From positions 1 to 25,424 of IMG/VR virus record IMGVR_UViG_3300030116_000339: 25,424 nt of DNA. The stretch is one strand, 5' to 3'. This DNA comes from a virus. Lineage: Duplodnaviria; Caudoviricetes. Below the pieces are notes generated by a model that saw only the letters and a list, made by a program, of their open reading frames with translations, did not search any database and was not told where the DNA came from. Both the position numbers and the translations under genes were made by a program. Positions 7,044 to 15,803 of the stretch are shown here, in pieces (the first letter of the stretch is position 1; every line of letters starts with the position of its first letter).

Positions 7044-7898
7044 ATATCTACTGGATTATCTACTGCATTTACACAGATTTTTGATGCTGAAGTAAAGCAA
7101 GCGTATCAAGCTACTGCTCAGTTGACAGGTGTGTGTAGATTGCGAACTGGGGTTGTGGGGTCCACAGCCAACTTCCCCAACATCGGAAAGGGGCAAGCCC
7201 AAGTGAGATCACCTCAAACTGACGTTACGCCTCTAAACACAAGTTTCGGAACAACTTCTGTAAGTCTTACAGATTATGTTGCCCCGGAATATAGTGACAT
7301 TTTTAACCAGCAAAAAGTAAATTTTGATGAACGTCAAGAATTGGCTCAAGTCGTAGGTAATGCGATTGGTCGTAGACAAGATCAGATTTTACTTGATGCA
7401 TTACTCGCAGCAAGTGCTGGATCTACTGTAGCAAACACGGTGGTAACCACAGGCTCTGCCTCTGCGTCAGATCTAAGCGTAGGAAAAATATTGGCAGCTA
7501 AGAAAGCCTTGGACACAAAAAGTGTACCACCAACAGATAGGCACTTAATTATTCATGCGAATAACTTGTCTGCATTACTAGGTGATGAAAGAGCGATTTC
7601 TGGCGATTTCCAGAATATTCGTGCCTTAGTAGCTGGTCAAATTAATTCCTTTTTAGGATTTACCGTACATATGATCGGTGACCGTGATGAAGGTGGTTTG
7701 ACTATTGATGGTTCTTCAGACAGAACTTGCTTTGCATTTCATAAGCAATCTGTTGCTATGGCTGTTGGTATGCCACCATCAACTGAAATTAATTACATTG
7801 CTGAGAAAACTTCATTCCTAGTAACAGCTAAACTTTCGGCTGGGGCTGCTGTGATAGACACAGACGGTCTTGTCGATATTATTTGTAGGGAGAGTTAA
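7044..7898 (+). CDS. Major capsid protein (284 aa; apparent ATA start)
   Basis: SD AGGGAG (7030-7035) lies 8 nt before ATA-TCT-ACT-GGA, giving (M)STGLSTAFTQIFDAEVKQAYQ, a typical capsid N-terminus, in frame with ORF 7122-7898. Also GNAIGRRQDQILLDAL, VPPTDRH and FLGF motifs. Confidence 0.92.
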   Translation: MSTGLSTAFTQIFDAEVKQAYQATAQLTGVCRLRTGVVGSTANFPNIGKGQAQVRSPQTDVTPLNTSFGTTSVSLTDYVAPEYSDIFNQQKVNFDERQELAQVVGNAIGRRQDQILLDALLAASAGSTVANTVVTTGSASASDLSVGKILAAKKALDTKSVPPTDRHLIIHANNLSALLGDERAISGDFQNIRALVAGQINSFLGFTVHMIGDRDEGGLTIDGSSDRTCFAFHKQSVAMAVGMPPSTEINYIAEKTSFLVTAKLSAGAAVIDTDGLVDIICRES

Positions 7899-7899
7899 T

Positions 7900-8184
7900 A
7901 TGGCGTTTGCAAGATCTGGATGGGGTCCACTTGGTGGACAATCTAAAGCTGGCACAACACCGGCTCTGTATGTCTATACAACAACTGATGCACATACTGC
8001 TGTTGATGCATCCGGTTACTTTAATGATTTATCTGACACATTAAGTGTTGGTGACATGATTATCGTACACGGTGCAACTGGTGGTACTAGAACTGTAACC
8101 ATGCATATTGTGGTTTCAAATGCTAGTGGTGTTGTTGATGTAAGTGATGGCACAACTATTGGTGCTGTTTCTGATAGTGACTAA
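7900..8184 (+). CDS. Putative capsid decoration/cement protein (94 aa)
   Basis: SD AGGGAG at 7887-7892, ATG 7900; small Thr/Gly/Val beta-rich protein directly after the capsid gene (YTTTDA...GYFN). Confidence 0.7.
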   Translation: MAFARSGWGPLGGQSKAGTTPALYVYTTTDAHTAVDASGYFNDLSDTLSVGDMIIVHGATGGTRTVTMHIVVSNASGVVDVSDGTTIGAVSDSD

Positions 8185-8194
8185 TAAATAGAGA

Positions 8195-8237
8195 TTGGGC
8201 GAGGTTCCCAAGGCATTGGCTTTCTCCCCTCGCCCAA
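8195..8237 (+). other. Intergenic stem-loop after the capsid/decoration genes (attenuator, processing or stabilising hairpin)
   Basis: Perfect 10-bp stem TTGGGCGAGG/CCTCGCCCAA with inner CCAA-GGCA-TTGG; no U-tract. Confidence 0.6.
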
Positions 8238-8258
8238 ACCAATTAATGGAGTTTATAT

Positions 8259-8891
8259 ATGGCAAGTGGCGATACTGACGTATCAATCTGTAACAAAGCA
8301 TTATTATTATTAGGCTCTTCTTCTATTACAAGTTTTTCTGACGGCACTCCACAAGCGAGTGCTTGTTCTACTTTATACCCGGATATCAAGAGATCTACTT
8401 TAGGTATGTATCCTTGGTCTTTTACTGTAGCCAAAGCACAGCTTACTAGACAAACAGCTACACCTAATTCTGAATGGGAATACCAGTTTACTTTACCTAA
8501 TGATATGCTTAATGGCGTTCCAAGGTCTGTACGAACATCTGGTTCTGCCGGGTCAGCTATTTATAAAAACTGGGAAATAAATCAAGCAGCCGATGGCACA
8601 ACTGTTTTAATGACCGATAGCCTTACAATATTTATTGATTATCAAAAGGCTGTAGGTGAAACTTTAATGCCACATTATTTTGTACAATTATTAGGTTATC
8701 AAGTAGCTTGGCATTTAGCCGAAGTTATAACTGATCAAACAGCCAAATCACAGTATTGGCGTGAGATTGCATTAGGCACAGCTACAGAAAATCAACGAGG
8801 TGGATATTTTAGACAGGCAGCTAATATAGATGCTGGTGGTCAAACACCGTCAGTTGTAGGTGATTATTTATTAACAGATATTAGAGCATGA
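8259..8891 (+). CDS. Tail tubular protein A / adaptor (T7 gp11-like)
   Basis: SICNKALLLLG..ITSF.DG, YPWSF, Y.F.LP.D motifs; position. Confidence 0.9.
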   Translation: MASGDTDVSICNKALLLLGSSSITSFSDGTPQASACSTLYPDIKRSTLGMYPWSFTVAKAQLTRQTATPNSEWEYQFTLPNDMLNGVPRSVRTSGSAGSAIYKNWEINQAADGTTVLMTDSLTIFIDYQKAVGETLMPHYFVQLLGYQVAWHLAEVITDQTAKSQYWREIALGTATENQRGGYFRQAANIDAGGQTPSVVGDYLLTDIRA

Positions 8892-11002
8892 GCAGATTAC
8901 AACAATATCAATCAAGTTTTTCTCATGGCGAAATAGATCCTCTATTACGAGGGCGTGTAGATATAGAACAATACTACAGTTCAGTAGCCGAGGCTAAAAA
9001 TGTTATATTTGAACCACAGGGTGGGTTTAGCCGTAGACCGGGATTAAAATATGTTGCTGACTATACATCTGATGTTGGTACAACTGATGAAATAAAACTT
9101 GTACCTTTTGAGTATTCTACCGGGCAAACTTATCTATTAGTGTTAAGTATATCAAACACTATAAGTCAATCTAGTACGACTTTGCGTCTTCATGTTTACA
9201 AAGATGGTGTACTACAAACTAACCTTAACGGTGGTGGTGCAAACCATGTTGATTTTACTTTAACTTTTGCTACTGGTTTACATTCTGGCTTTACATTAAG
9301 ACAATTAAATTTTACGCAAAACAAAGATACAGTAATTTTTACTAATCGTAATATGTTTCCTTTTAAACTTGTTAGAGGTGCTAGTGATACTACTTGGACT
9401 TTTTCAGTTTTAAATACATTGAACCCACCTAAAATTAGAGGTGATTTAGTTGGTCTAAGTACTGGTATAGCAAATCCATCTGGAACTTTAACAGCATCAG
9501 CAACTACAGGAAATATTAAACTAACAACTAGTCTATCATTTTTTAATACTGCTACAGTTGGTCAACAAGTTTATCAATCAAAAGGTTCATTAGGAGCCAC
9601 AACTTGGAGTGGTTTTGGCAAAGCAGTAATAACTAAATTTTTATCTTCAACTACAGCCGAGGCAGTTGTATTAGTACCATTTTCTACTACTGATGCTATA
9701 TCAAGTGGTGAATGGGTTTTTGATGACAGTTTTCACGATGCTTGGAGTACTTCAATAGGCTATCCACATACTTGCACTTTCCATGAAGGCAGATTGTATT
9801 TTGGTGGAACGTATAGCTTACCAATGACATTGTTTGGAAGTAAGGTAGGTGAATTAAATTTTGGACCATCTGAAAATCTAGATGATGATGCATTTGTTGT
9901 ACATATGGAAACTGACACTCTTAATACTATTGTAGGGTTAAGATCGGGTAGAGATTTACAAATATTTACTACTGGTGGTGAGTTTTTTATTCCACAAGCT
10001 GATCTAGACCCAATTACACCATCTAACGTATCGGTTAAAAGCACAACTAAAAGAGGATCTAAAGATGGTATACGCCCTACTGCAACAGAGGGTGGTACAT
10101 TTTTTATACAACGGCAAGGCAAGGCATTAAGGGAAATGTTATTTAGTGATGTAGAATTATCCTATGTTGCTAATAATATCAGCCTGTTAGCAAGCCATCT
10201 TATAGTTGATCCTAAGTCTATGGCTGTACGCCCGGCAACTGATACAACCGAAGGCGATTTATTAATGATTGTTAATGGCACAAGCACCACAGGATACAGG
10301 GCAGCTAGTTCTGGGTTAGGTGGTACACTTGCTTGTTTTATGTTGCACAAACAGCAAAATATTGTAGCCCCTTCTTTTATACAAACTGATGGTACATTTT
10401 GTGATATTGCTGTAGATTTAGATGTTATATATGCGATTGTAAAAAGGACTATCAATTCTGCTACAAAATATTATTTAGAAGTATTTGATGATGATTTTAC
10501 GACAGATAGTTCGGTCCAGAAAACTAGTAGCTTTAGTGGCACTAGCTATAACCTTGTACCTCACTTACAGGCTAAGACAGTTAAGGTAGTTAGAGATGAT
10601 ATAGTAGAAAGTGATGTTAGTAATGTAAATTCATCTGGTACTATTACAACATCTGCACAGCCATCATCATATATAGAAACTGGATTAGATTTTACTGTCA
10701 CTGTAAAGACTAACCCGGTAGAGCCTAACTTGCCTAGTGGTCGAGTAGTTACACAAAAGAAAAGAATATTAGAAGTTTCCCCTGTTATGTACAGGACACA
10801 GAACCTAACTATTAATGGTTTTGAAGTTCCATTACAGACTTTGCCGTATAGTGGTGGTGGTACAGTTCCAACTATAACCGGGATAAAAAAGATGCATGGT
10901 ATAGCTGGCTATAACACCGATGCACAAATAACCATAAGTCAATCAAAGCCTGTATTTTTTACGGTGTTGTCGATGGACTTTAAATTAGCAGTAGGATCGT
11001 AG
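8888..11002 (+). CDS. Tail tubular protein B / nozzle (T7 gp12-like)
   Basis: SFSHGEIDP.L.GR.D, N.IFEPQGG..RRPG, GYP..CTFHEGRLYFGG, LQIFTTGGEF. Confidence 0.92.
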   Translation: MSRLQQYQSSFSHGEIDPLLRGRVDIEQYYSSVAEAKNVIFEPQGGFSRRPGLKYVADYTSDVGTTDEIKLVPFEYSTGQTYLLVLSISNTISQSSTTLRLHVYKDGVLQTNLNGGGANHVDFTLTFATGLHSGFTLRQLNFTQNKDTVIFTNRNMFPFKLVRGASDTTWTFSVLNTLNPPKIRGDLVGLSTGIANPSGTLTASATTGNIKLTTSLSFFNTATVGQQVYQSKGSLGATTWSGFGKAVITKFLSSTTAEAVVLVPFSTTDAISSGEWVFDDSFHDAWSTSIGYPHTCTFHEGRLYFGGTYSLPMTLFGSKVGELNFGPSENLDDDAFVVHMETDTLNTIVGLRSGRDLQIFTTGGEFFIPQADLDPITPSNVSVKSTTKRGSKDGIRPTATEGGTFFIQRQGKALREMLFSDVELSYVANNISLLASHLIVDPKSMAVRPATDTTEGDLLMIVNGTSTTGYRAASSGLGGTLACFMLHKQQNIVAPSFIQTDGTFCDIAVDLDVIYAIVKRTINSATKYYLEVFDDDFTTDSSVQKTSSFSGTSYNLVPHLQAKTVKVVRDDIVESDVSNVNSSGTITTSAQPSSYIETGLDFTVTVKTNPVEPNLPSGRVVTQKKRILEVSPVMYRTQNLTINGFEVPLQTLPYSGGGTVPTITGIKKMHGIAGYNTDAQITISQSKPVFFTVLSMDFKLAVGS

Positions 11003-11545
11003 ATGGCACAGTATTTACCTTTTATAGCAATGGCAGTATCAACAGTCGGAGCCGTTGCAGATTACAGAGGCAAACAGGCACAAGCCCAACAACTAGAGGC
11101 ACAGGCAAAGCAAACTGAATTACAAGGGCGTGTAAACGCTGTAGCGTACAAAAGACAAGGTAATGAGGTATTGCGTAGGATGAACCAAGTATTGGCATCT
11201 AACGTAGCCAGAGGAGCAGCCAGAGGTCTTAATCCTTTTGGTAGTGCTGGTGTAGTTGAAATGTCTAATATGTATAATCGTAGGCTAGGTGTATCTGAAT
11301 TTCAGATAGCTAGAGATAATGCGAGCATGGCTAAAGAGATGGCTAAGTATCAAGCCGGGCAACAACTCACGGCTGCTAAAACAATTAAGAAACTAGCACC
11401 GTTCCAAATGATGGGTAAGATTGCTACAGGATATATGACAGCTAGTCAGATTGGTGGTGGTTTTTCTAGTGCCGTAACGCCTACACCTATGGCAACAACA
11501 ACGACAACTTCATCTCCTTTTGGAACTGTGCAGAGTACTTATTAA
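11003..11545 (+). CDS. Internal virion (ejection) protein, T7 gp14-like
   Basis: 180 aa, Ala/Gln/Gly-rich helical, hydrophobic N-terminus, directly after the nozzle. Confidence 0.75.
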   Translation: MAQYLPFIAMAVSTVGAVADYRGKQAQAQQLEAQAKQTELQGRVNAVAYKRQGNEVLRRMNQVLASNVARGAARGLNPFGSAGVVEMSNMYNRRLGVSEFQIARDNASMAKEMAKYQAGQQLTAAKTIKKLAPFQMMGKIATGYMTASQIGGGFSSAVTPTPMATTTTTSSPFGTVQSTY

Positions 11546-13380
11546 TGGCTGAAAACTTATTAAAATTACAACCTCTAGGATTACAGTTTAAAGTACCACA
11601 AACTGACTTTGTTGGTAGCCGTGTACAGGCACAGGCTATGAGTGAACTATCAGCCAACCTTGATAGCATGAGTAATTATTTATTTAAGATTGCTGAACAA
11701 AGAGCAAAAATTGAAGGTGCAGAATATGGTGCAGAAACAGCACCAACAGCTAAACAAATAGAAGAAGCCTACAATGCTGGTGAAGAAATACCTTTAGGTG
11801 GCGATAAATTTACTGTGTACGGTTCGGCTATTCGTAATGCTCAATTAAGTACAGTAAGCAATGAATTAGAATATTTGGCTCGTACCAAAGTTGCTGAAGT
11901 TACCAAAAAATATAATACAGCCGTAGAGCAATATGGTTTACAAAATGAAGATGGTAAAAAAGCATTAGATCCTCAAAACTATCTTAATGAAATAAATGAA
12001 ATTGTTGCTGGATATGCAGCTACGCTTGATAATGCATCACCGGGATATGCTAGAAAATTTAGAGCAAAAATAAGTTTAGAAAATAATACAAAGTATTTAA
12101 GTTACGCTGATAAATTTATTGGTGAGCATAACAAGGTTATGAAGGCTACAGTTATTGCTGGTACTGAATTAGTCGTAAACGATATAAACACAGCAATACT
12201 AGGATATTTTAAAAACAACCAAGATGCTACTGAACAATTAAAAACTTTAACAAAAGAAAGTATGTCACAAATTATTATGGTTGGTGGCGATACTGTAGGA
12301 TTTAACAATCGTTTAAATGAGGCAATACGAACATCAGCTAAAAATATTGTAGTTAATGAACTATTAGCTAATCCTAAACCAAAACAATTTCTGCCAGAAA
12401 TGTATGCTGGTGAGTTTAATAAACTACCGGGTGATATTGGTAAGGCTATGAAACTTGCTGAAGACTACGGTATAAATAGAAAAGATTTTATTAAGCAAGT
12501 TAACGATCAATATGATGCAAAAATCAAAGCCCAAGAAGATGCAAAAAAATTACAAATAGCAAAAAACGAAGAGAGTATAAATTTTGCTATAGCTGATGCT
12601 ATTGCTTTTTTAGCTGATGACCAACAAGATAAGGCTAATGAATTAATGTTACCTTTTCAGTTAGATCAATTACCCGGCACAAGTGAAGAGTTAATTAGTT
12701 GGGAAAAAATAAGTAAAGCCTACGAAGAGGCAAAAATAACTAACTTTAAAGACAATACTACAACAGTTCAAAAATTAACTCGTAAATTATTTTCTATAGA
12801 CAACCCTCTTACTTTAGGTGAATTGATAACTGAATTTGAAAATAAACAAATCGGTCAAAGCACTTTTACTTCTATGGCAAGTAAAATAAATTCATTAGCT
12901 AATCAACAAATGAGCGATGCTAGGACATACATTTTAGACGAAACAGGGCATAACCCAGAAATAAGAATTGATGATCCAGAGGGTGATCAAGCCCTTAAAG
13001 AAAGAGTATTTAGAGAAATTATGGGTGATGTATTTGAGGCTGAACTACAGGCTAAATTAGAAGGCAAACCTTTTTCTGCAATTTTAACAGCTAAAAATTT
13101 AATGGAAAGCAAAGGCACAGAACTAATAGCTAAAAGAATTAAATCTAACAGAAAAAATGCAATATCAACAATACAAGAAATAGCAACAATAATAGAAAGT
13201 ACAGATGCTGTATTAGCAGAAAAATTTAAAAATGTTACAGATGATACATTAGATAGTCTTATTACAGAGGCTATTGGCACAGCCGAAGAAATAATTGCTG
13301 ATTATAGTACAAAATATAAAAATTTTAGCAAAACAATAATACAGGGTTATCCAATAATTTTAGGTAGAAAATTAAGATAA
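11545..13380 (+). CDS. Internal virion (ejection) protein, T7 gp15-like position
   Basis: 611 aa, all-helical composition, TAATG-coupled, syntenic position. Confidence 0.65.
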   Translation: MAENLLKLQPLGLQFKVPQTDFVGSRVQAQAMSELSANLDSMSNYLFKIAEQRAKIEGAEYGAETAPTAKQIEEAYNAGEEIPLGGDKFTVYGSAIRNAQLSTVSNELEYLARTKVAEVTKKYNTAVEQYGLQNEDGKKALDPQNYLNEINEIVAGYAATLDNASPGYARKFRAKISLENNTKYLSYADKFIGEHNKVMKATVIAGTELVVNDINTAILGYFKNNQDATEQLKTLTKESMSQIIMVGGDTVGFNNRLNEAIRTSAKNIVVNELLANPKPKQFLPEMYAGEFNKLPGDIGKAMKLAEDYGINRKDFIKQVNDQYDAKIKAQEDAKKLQIAKNEESINFAIADAIAFLADDQQDKANELMLPFQLDQLPGTSEELISWEKISKAYEEAKITNFKDNTTTVQKLTRKLFSIDNPLTLGELITEFENKQIGQSTFTSMASKINSLANQQMSDARTYILDETGHNPEIRIDDPEGDQALKERVFREIMGDVFEAELQAKLEGKPFSAILTAKNLMESKGTELIAKRIKSNRKNAISTIQEIATIIESTDAVLAEKFKNVTDDTLDSLITEAIGTAEEIIADYSTKYKNFSKTIIQGYPIILGRKLR

Positions 13381-15803
13381 TGGACGAACTATTTAAAGAA
13401 ATATCTGACAGCCGTAGAATACGATCACATGGCAATACTACCTACCTAAAAGATGGTCGGTTGTTTGCTAATGAAAAAATATTAAGAGGCTATGAGGATT
13501 TTCAAAAATTAAAGACAATGGGTTCAACGGTTATAGAAGGTCTTAAAAGTACACCAGACTTTTTATTCGGTGTTGCTAAAGGCATACCTAGTGGTATTGC
13601 TAAAGGTGGCGAAGAAACATTCAAAACTTTCCTACCATTTGTAAATAACAATGTCATGCCGTGGTTGAGGGAGAATGTACCGGGATATAATTCTATGAAT
13701 GAATATCTTAATGATGCATTAGCCCCACAAGGTACAGCACAAGAAATAGGATCTACATTAGGTGAAGTTGGTGGGCAAGTTGTAGCACCCGGTGGCGTTT
13801 ATGCAAAAGCATTTAGCACAGCATTAAAACCTATGGGTTACGGTAAAAACTTTTTAGCTAATGTTCTAGGATATGGCACGGCTGAATTTGCCGGTATGCC
13901 ACCTGAAGAAGAAGGTTTGATGGAAATGGGCATACAGTTGTTTGTGCAGAATGAACAACTAAAAAATACTATGTTACAAAGTATAGCAGCCGATGAAGAT
14001 GCCTCATTCTTTTTACAGAAAATACAAAAAGCCCCACAGAGATTTATAGAGGGTGGTATATTAGGTGAAGCAGCCGAGCAAGGTTTTAAGGGTTTAGGTG
14101 TATTATATAATGCTATCAAAGGTAGTCCTAATTTAAAAACTACGTTAGAAACTATAGGAACTAAAGCACAGGAAAGTTTAGATGATGGTAGTGGCACAAC
14201 ATTATCTGCATTAGGTGCTGGTGAAATGGACAAAGCTATAAATACTCAACTAGCTAAGTTGGCTCCACAACCTTTTAAAATGTCACCAGAAGGTACAAGA
14301 AGTCATAAAGTGCCACATCAATTATTAGTAGAAGGTAGTGGTGAAAAACCTACAACATTAGTAACTCAAACATTTATTCCAACCAACAAACAAACAAATC
14401 TTAATAATATTGACACTTTAAAAAATAACCATCCAGATGCTTTGTTAAGTGCTGAAAACTGGTTAAAAATGGAACAAGAAGGATTAGGTGGGGATCACTT
14501 GCCAATACCACCAATGGTTGCAATTAACTATGCTAATGATCCTAATAAGATGGTAGAAAAATTAAAATCACTTACACCAGAAATGAAAGCTGGAGTTGAT
14601 GAAGGATTTTCATACGTTAAAAATATAAGAGAGGTTTATCAAAGTGGAGAAGCAACTCCTAAAATGACAGCCGATTTATTTGTGTGGGGAATACTGTCAA
14701 GAGGTGCTGGTCCAGTTCAACAAGAAAGTGCATTCATAGATATAATTGATGGAGCAAAAGATTTAATACAAAAAGCTGTAGATGGAAATTTTACAGAAGC
14801 CGATCAAATACTATGGGAAAATACTATTAAAAATTTAATGCCTACAGGATCACCGGGCAAACAAGTAACAATGAATGTAAACGCTACTGGTAAATTATTA
14901 TTTGAACTTGCTAAAAAAGTTGATGGTTCTGATGATACAGTATTACAAACTTTGCACAATATGATTAGCGATCCAAATAGATCAGCAAAAGATATTAGAA
15001 GAGAATTTATGTCTTTAACTGAAGGTGCTGGAATAGATAATAAAGTTGTTAGTTTCACTTTGCTAGTTTCTGGAAGAGATGACGTATTAGTTATGGATAG
15101 AATACAAGGAAGACATTTATGGGATGATGGTAGGTTTGAAGGATTTAACTTATATGACGGTTATAAAAAAGAAGGAACAACTATTAAAGAAGGTTTACAA
15201 GGAATATTTAGAGGACCTAGAGGATTGCTTATAACAGAAATGTTAGAGGATGGATTAAGAAAAAATATTAATGAAGTTTATAATATACTTGGTAGACCAG
15301 AGGATGCATCATTAGGAAGATGGCATTGGGAAAATTGGGTTATTGAAGGTGAGCAAGTTGTATCACATAGCACTTTAGAGGCTATTACAAAAGGTTCGGC
15401 AGTTGGTACAAATGTTGTAGAAGGTAAGCCGGGAACATTTTCATCTGGTGCAAAGTATATAAAAGGTAAAGACGGTGCTGTAATTGAGTATCCATTATCT
15501 GATGGTAGTGTTGTTTATTTAACGCCAGAAAGGCAAAAAGAATTTGAAGCCTTTATTAAAAAAGAAAAAAATGGTATAGTACCTAAAGGATTTAAAGTAA
15601 GTGAAAACACAGGAGTTCCTTGGTATGAAAGACCAGAAGTCAACAGAGAAAAACTCGACAGAGCAGCAAGAGAGTTCGCAAACTCAAACATCCACGGAGA
15701 AGTTTTATCAAGCTCTAAGGGGGCTGGAAAAGGTAAAAACACCTCTGGATCAAGCAACAGAACAAGTAGAGGAAAAGTAACTGCCTCTAGTGGAGGTAGT
15801 TAA
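13380..15803 (+). CDS. Ejection-locus protein with a C-terminal HhH DNA glycosylase/AP-lyase-like domain
   Basis: The N-terminal ~295 aa is Gly/Ala-rich and ejection-like. The C-terminal region has GIDNKVVSFTLLVSGRDDVLVMDR (K555/D573, 18 apart). Confidence 0.7.
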   Translation: MDELFKEISDSRRIRSHGNTTYLKDGRLFANEKILRGYEDFQKLKTMGSTVIEGLKSTPDFLFGVAKGIPSGIAKGGEETFKTFLPFVNNNVMPWLRENVPGYNSMNEYLNDALAPQGTAQEIGSTLGEVGGQVVAPGGVYAKAFSTALKPMGYGKNFLANVLGYGTAEFAGMPPEEEGLMEMGIQLFVQNEQLKNTMLQSIAADEDASFFLQKIQKAPQRFIEGGILGEAAEQGFKGLGVLYNAIKGSPNLKTTLETIGTKAQESLDDGSGTTLSALGAGEMDKAINTQLAKLAPQPFKMSPEGTRSHKVPHQLLVEGSGEKPTTLVTQTFIPTNKQTNLNNIDTLKNNHPDALLSAENWLKMEQEGLGGDHLPIPPMVAINYANDPNKMVEKLKSLTPEMKAGVDEGFSYVKNIREVYQSGEATPKMTADLFVWGILSRGAGPVQQESAFIDIIDGAKDLIQKAVDGNFTEADQILWENTIKNLMPTGSPGKQVTMNVNATGKLLFELAKKVDGSDDTVLQTLHNMISDPNRSAKDIRREFMSLTEGAGIDNKVVSFTLLVSGRDDVLVMDRIQGRHLWDDGRFEGFNLYDGYKKEGTTIKEGLQGIFRGPRGLLITEMLEDGLRKNINEVYNILGRPEDASLGRWHWENWVIEGEQVVSHSTLEAITKGSAVGTNVVEGKPGTFSSGAKYIKGKDGAVIEYPLSDGSVVYLTPERQKEFEAFIKKEKNGIVPKGFKVSENTGVPWYERPEVNREKLDRAAREFANSNIHGEVLSSSKGAGKGKNTSGSSNRTSRGKVTASSGGS
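15625..15780 (+). CDS. Overprinted 51-aa ORF in +1 frame (MKDQKSTEKNSTEQQESSQTQTSTEKFYQALRGLEKVKTPLDQATEQVEEK)
   Basis: SD AGGAG at 15611-15615, 9 nt before ATG 15625; TAA at 15778-15780; host-frame codons shift to C-ending. Confidence 0.55.
   Translation: MKDQKSTEKNSTEQQESSQTQTSTEKFYQALRGLEKVKTPLDQATEQVEEK

Noticed and set aside
7850-7902. T7 10A/10B-style frameshift fusing capsid to the decoration protein
   Set aside because: No slippery heptamer; the downstream gene is in +1 frame and has its own SD and ATG at 7900.
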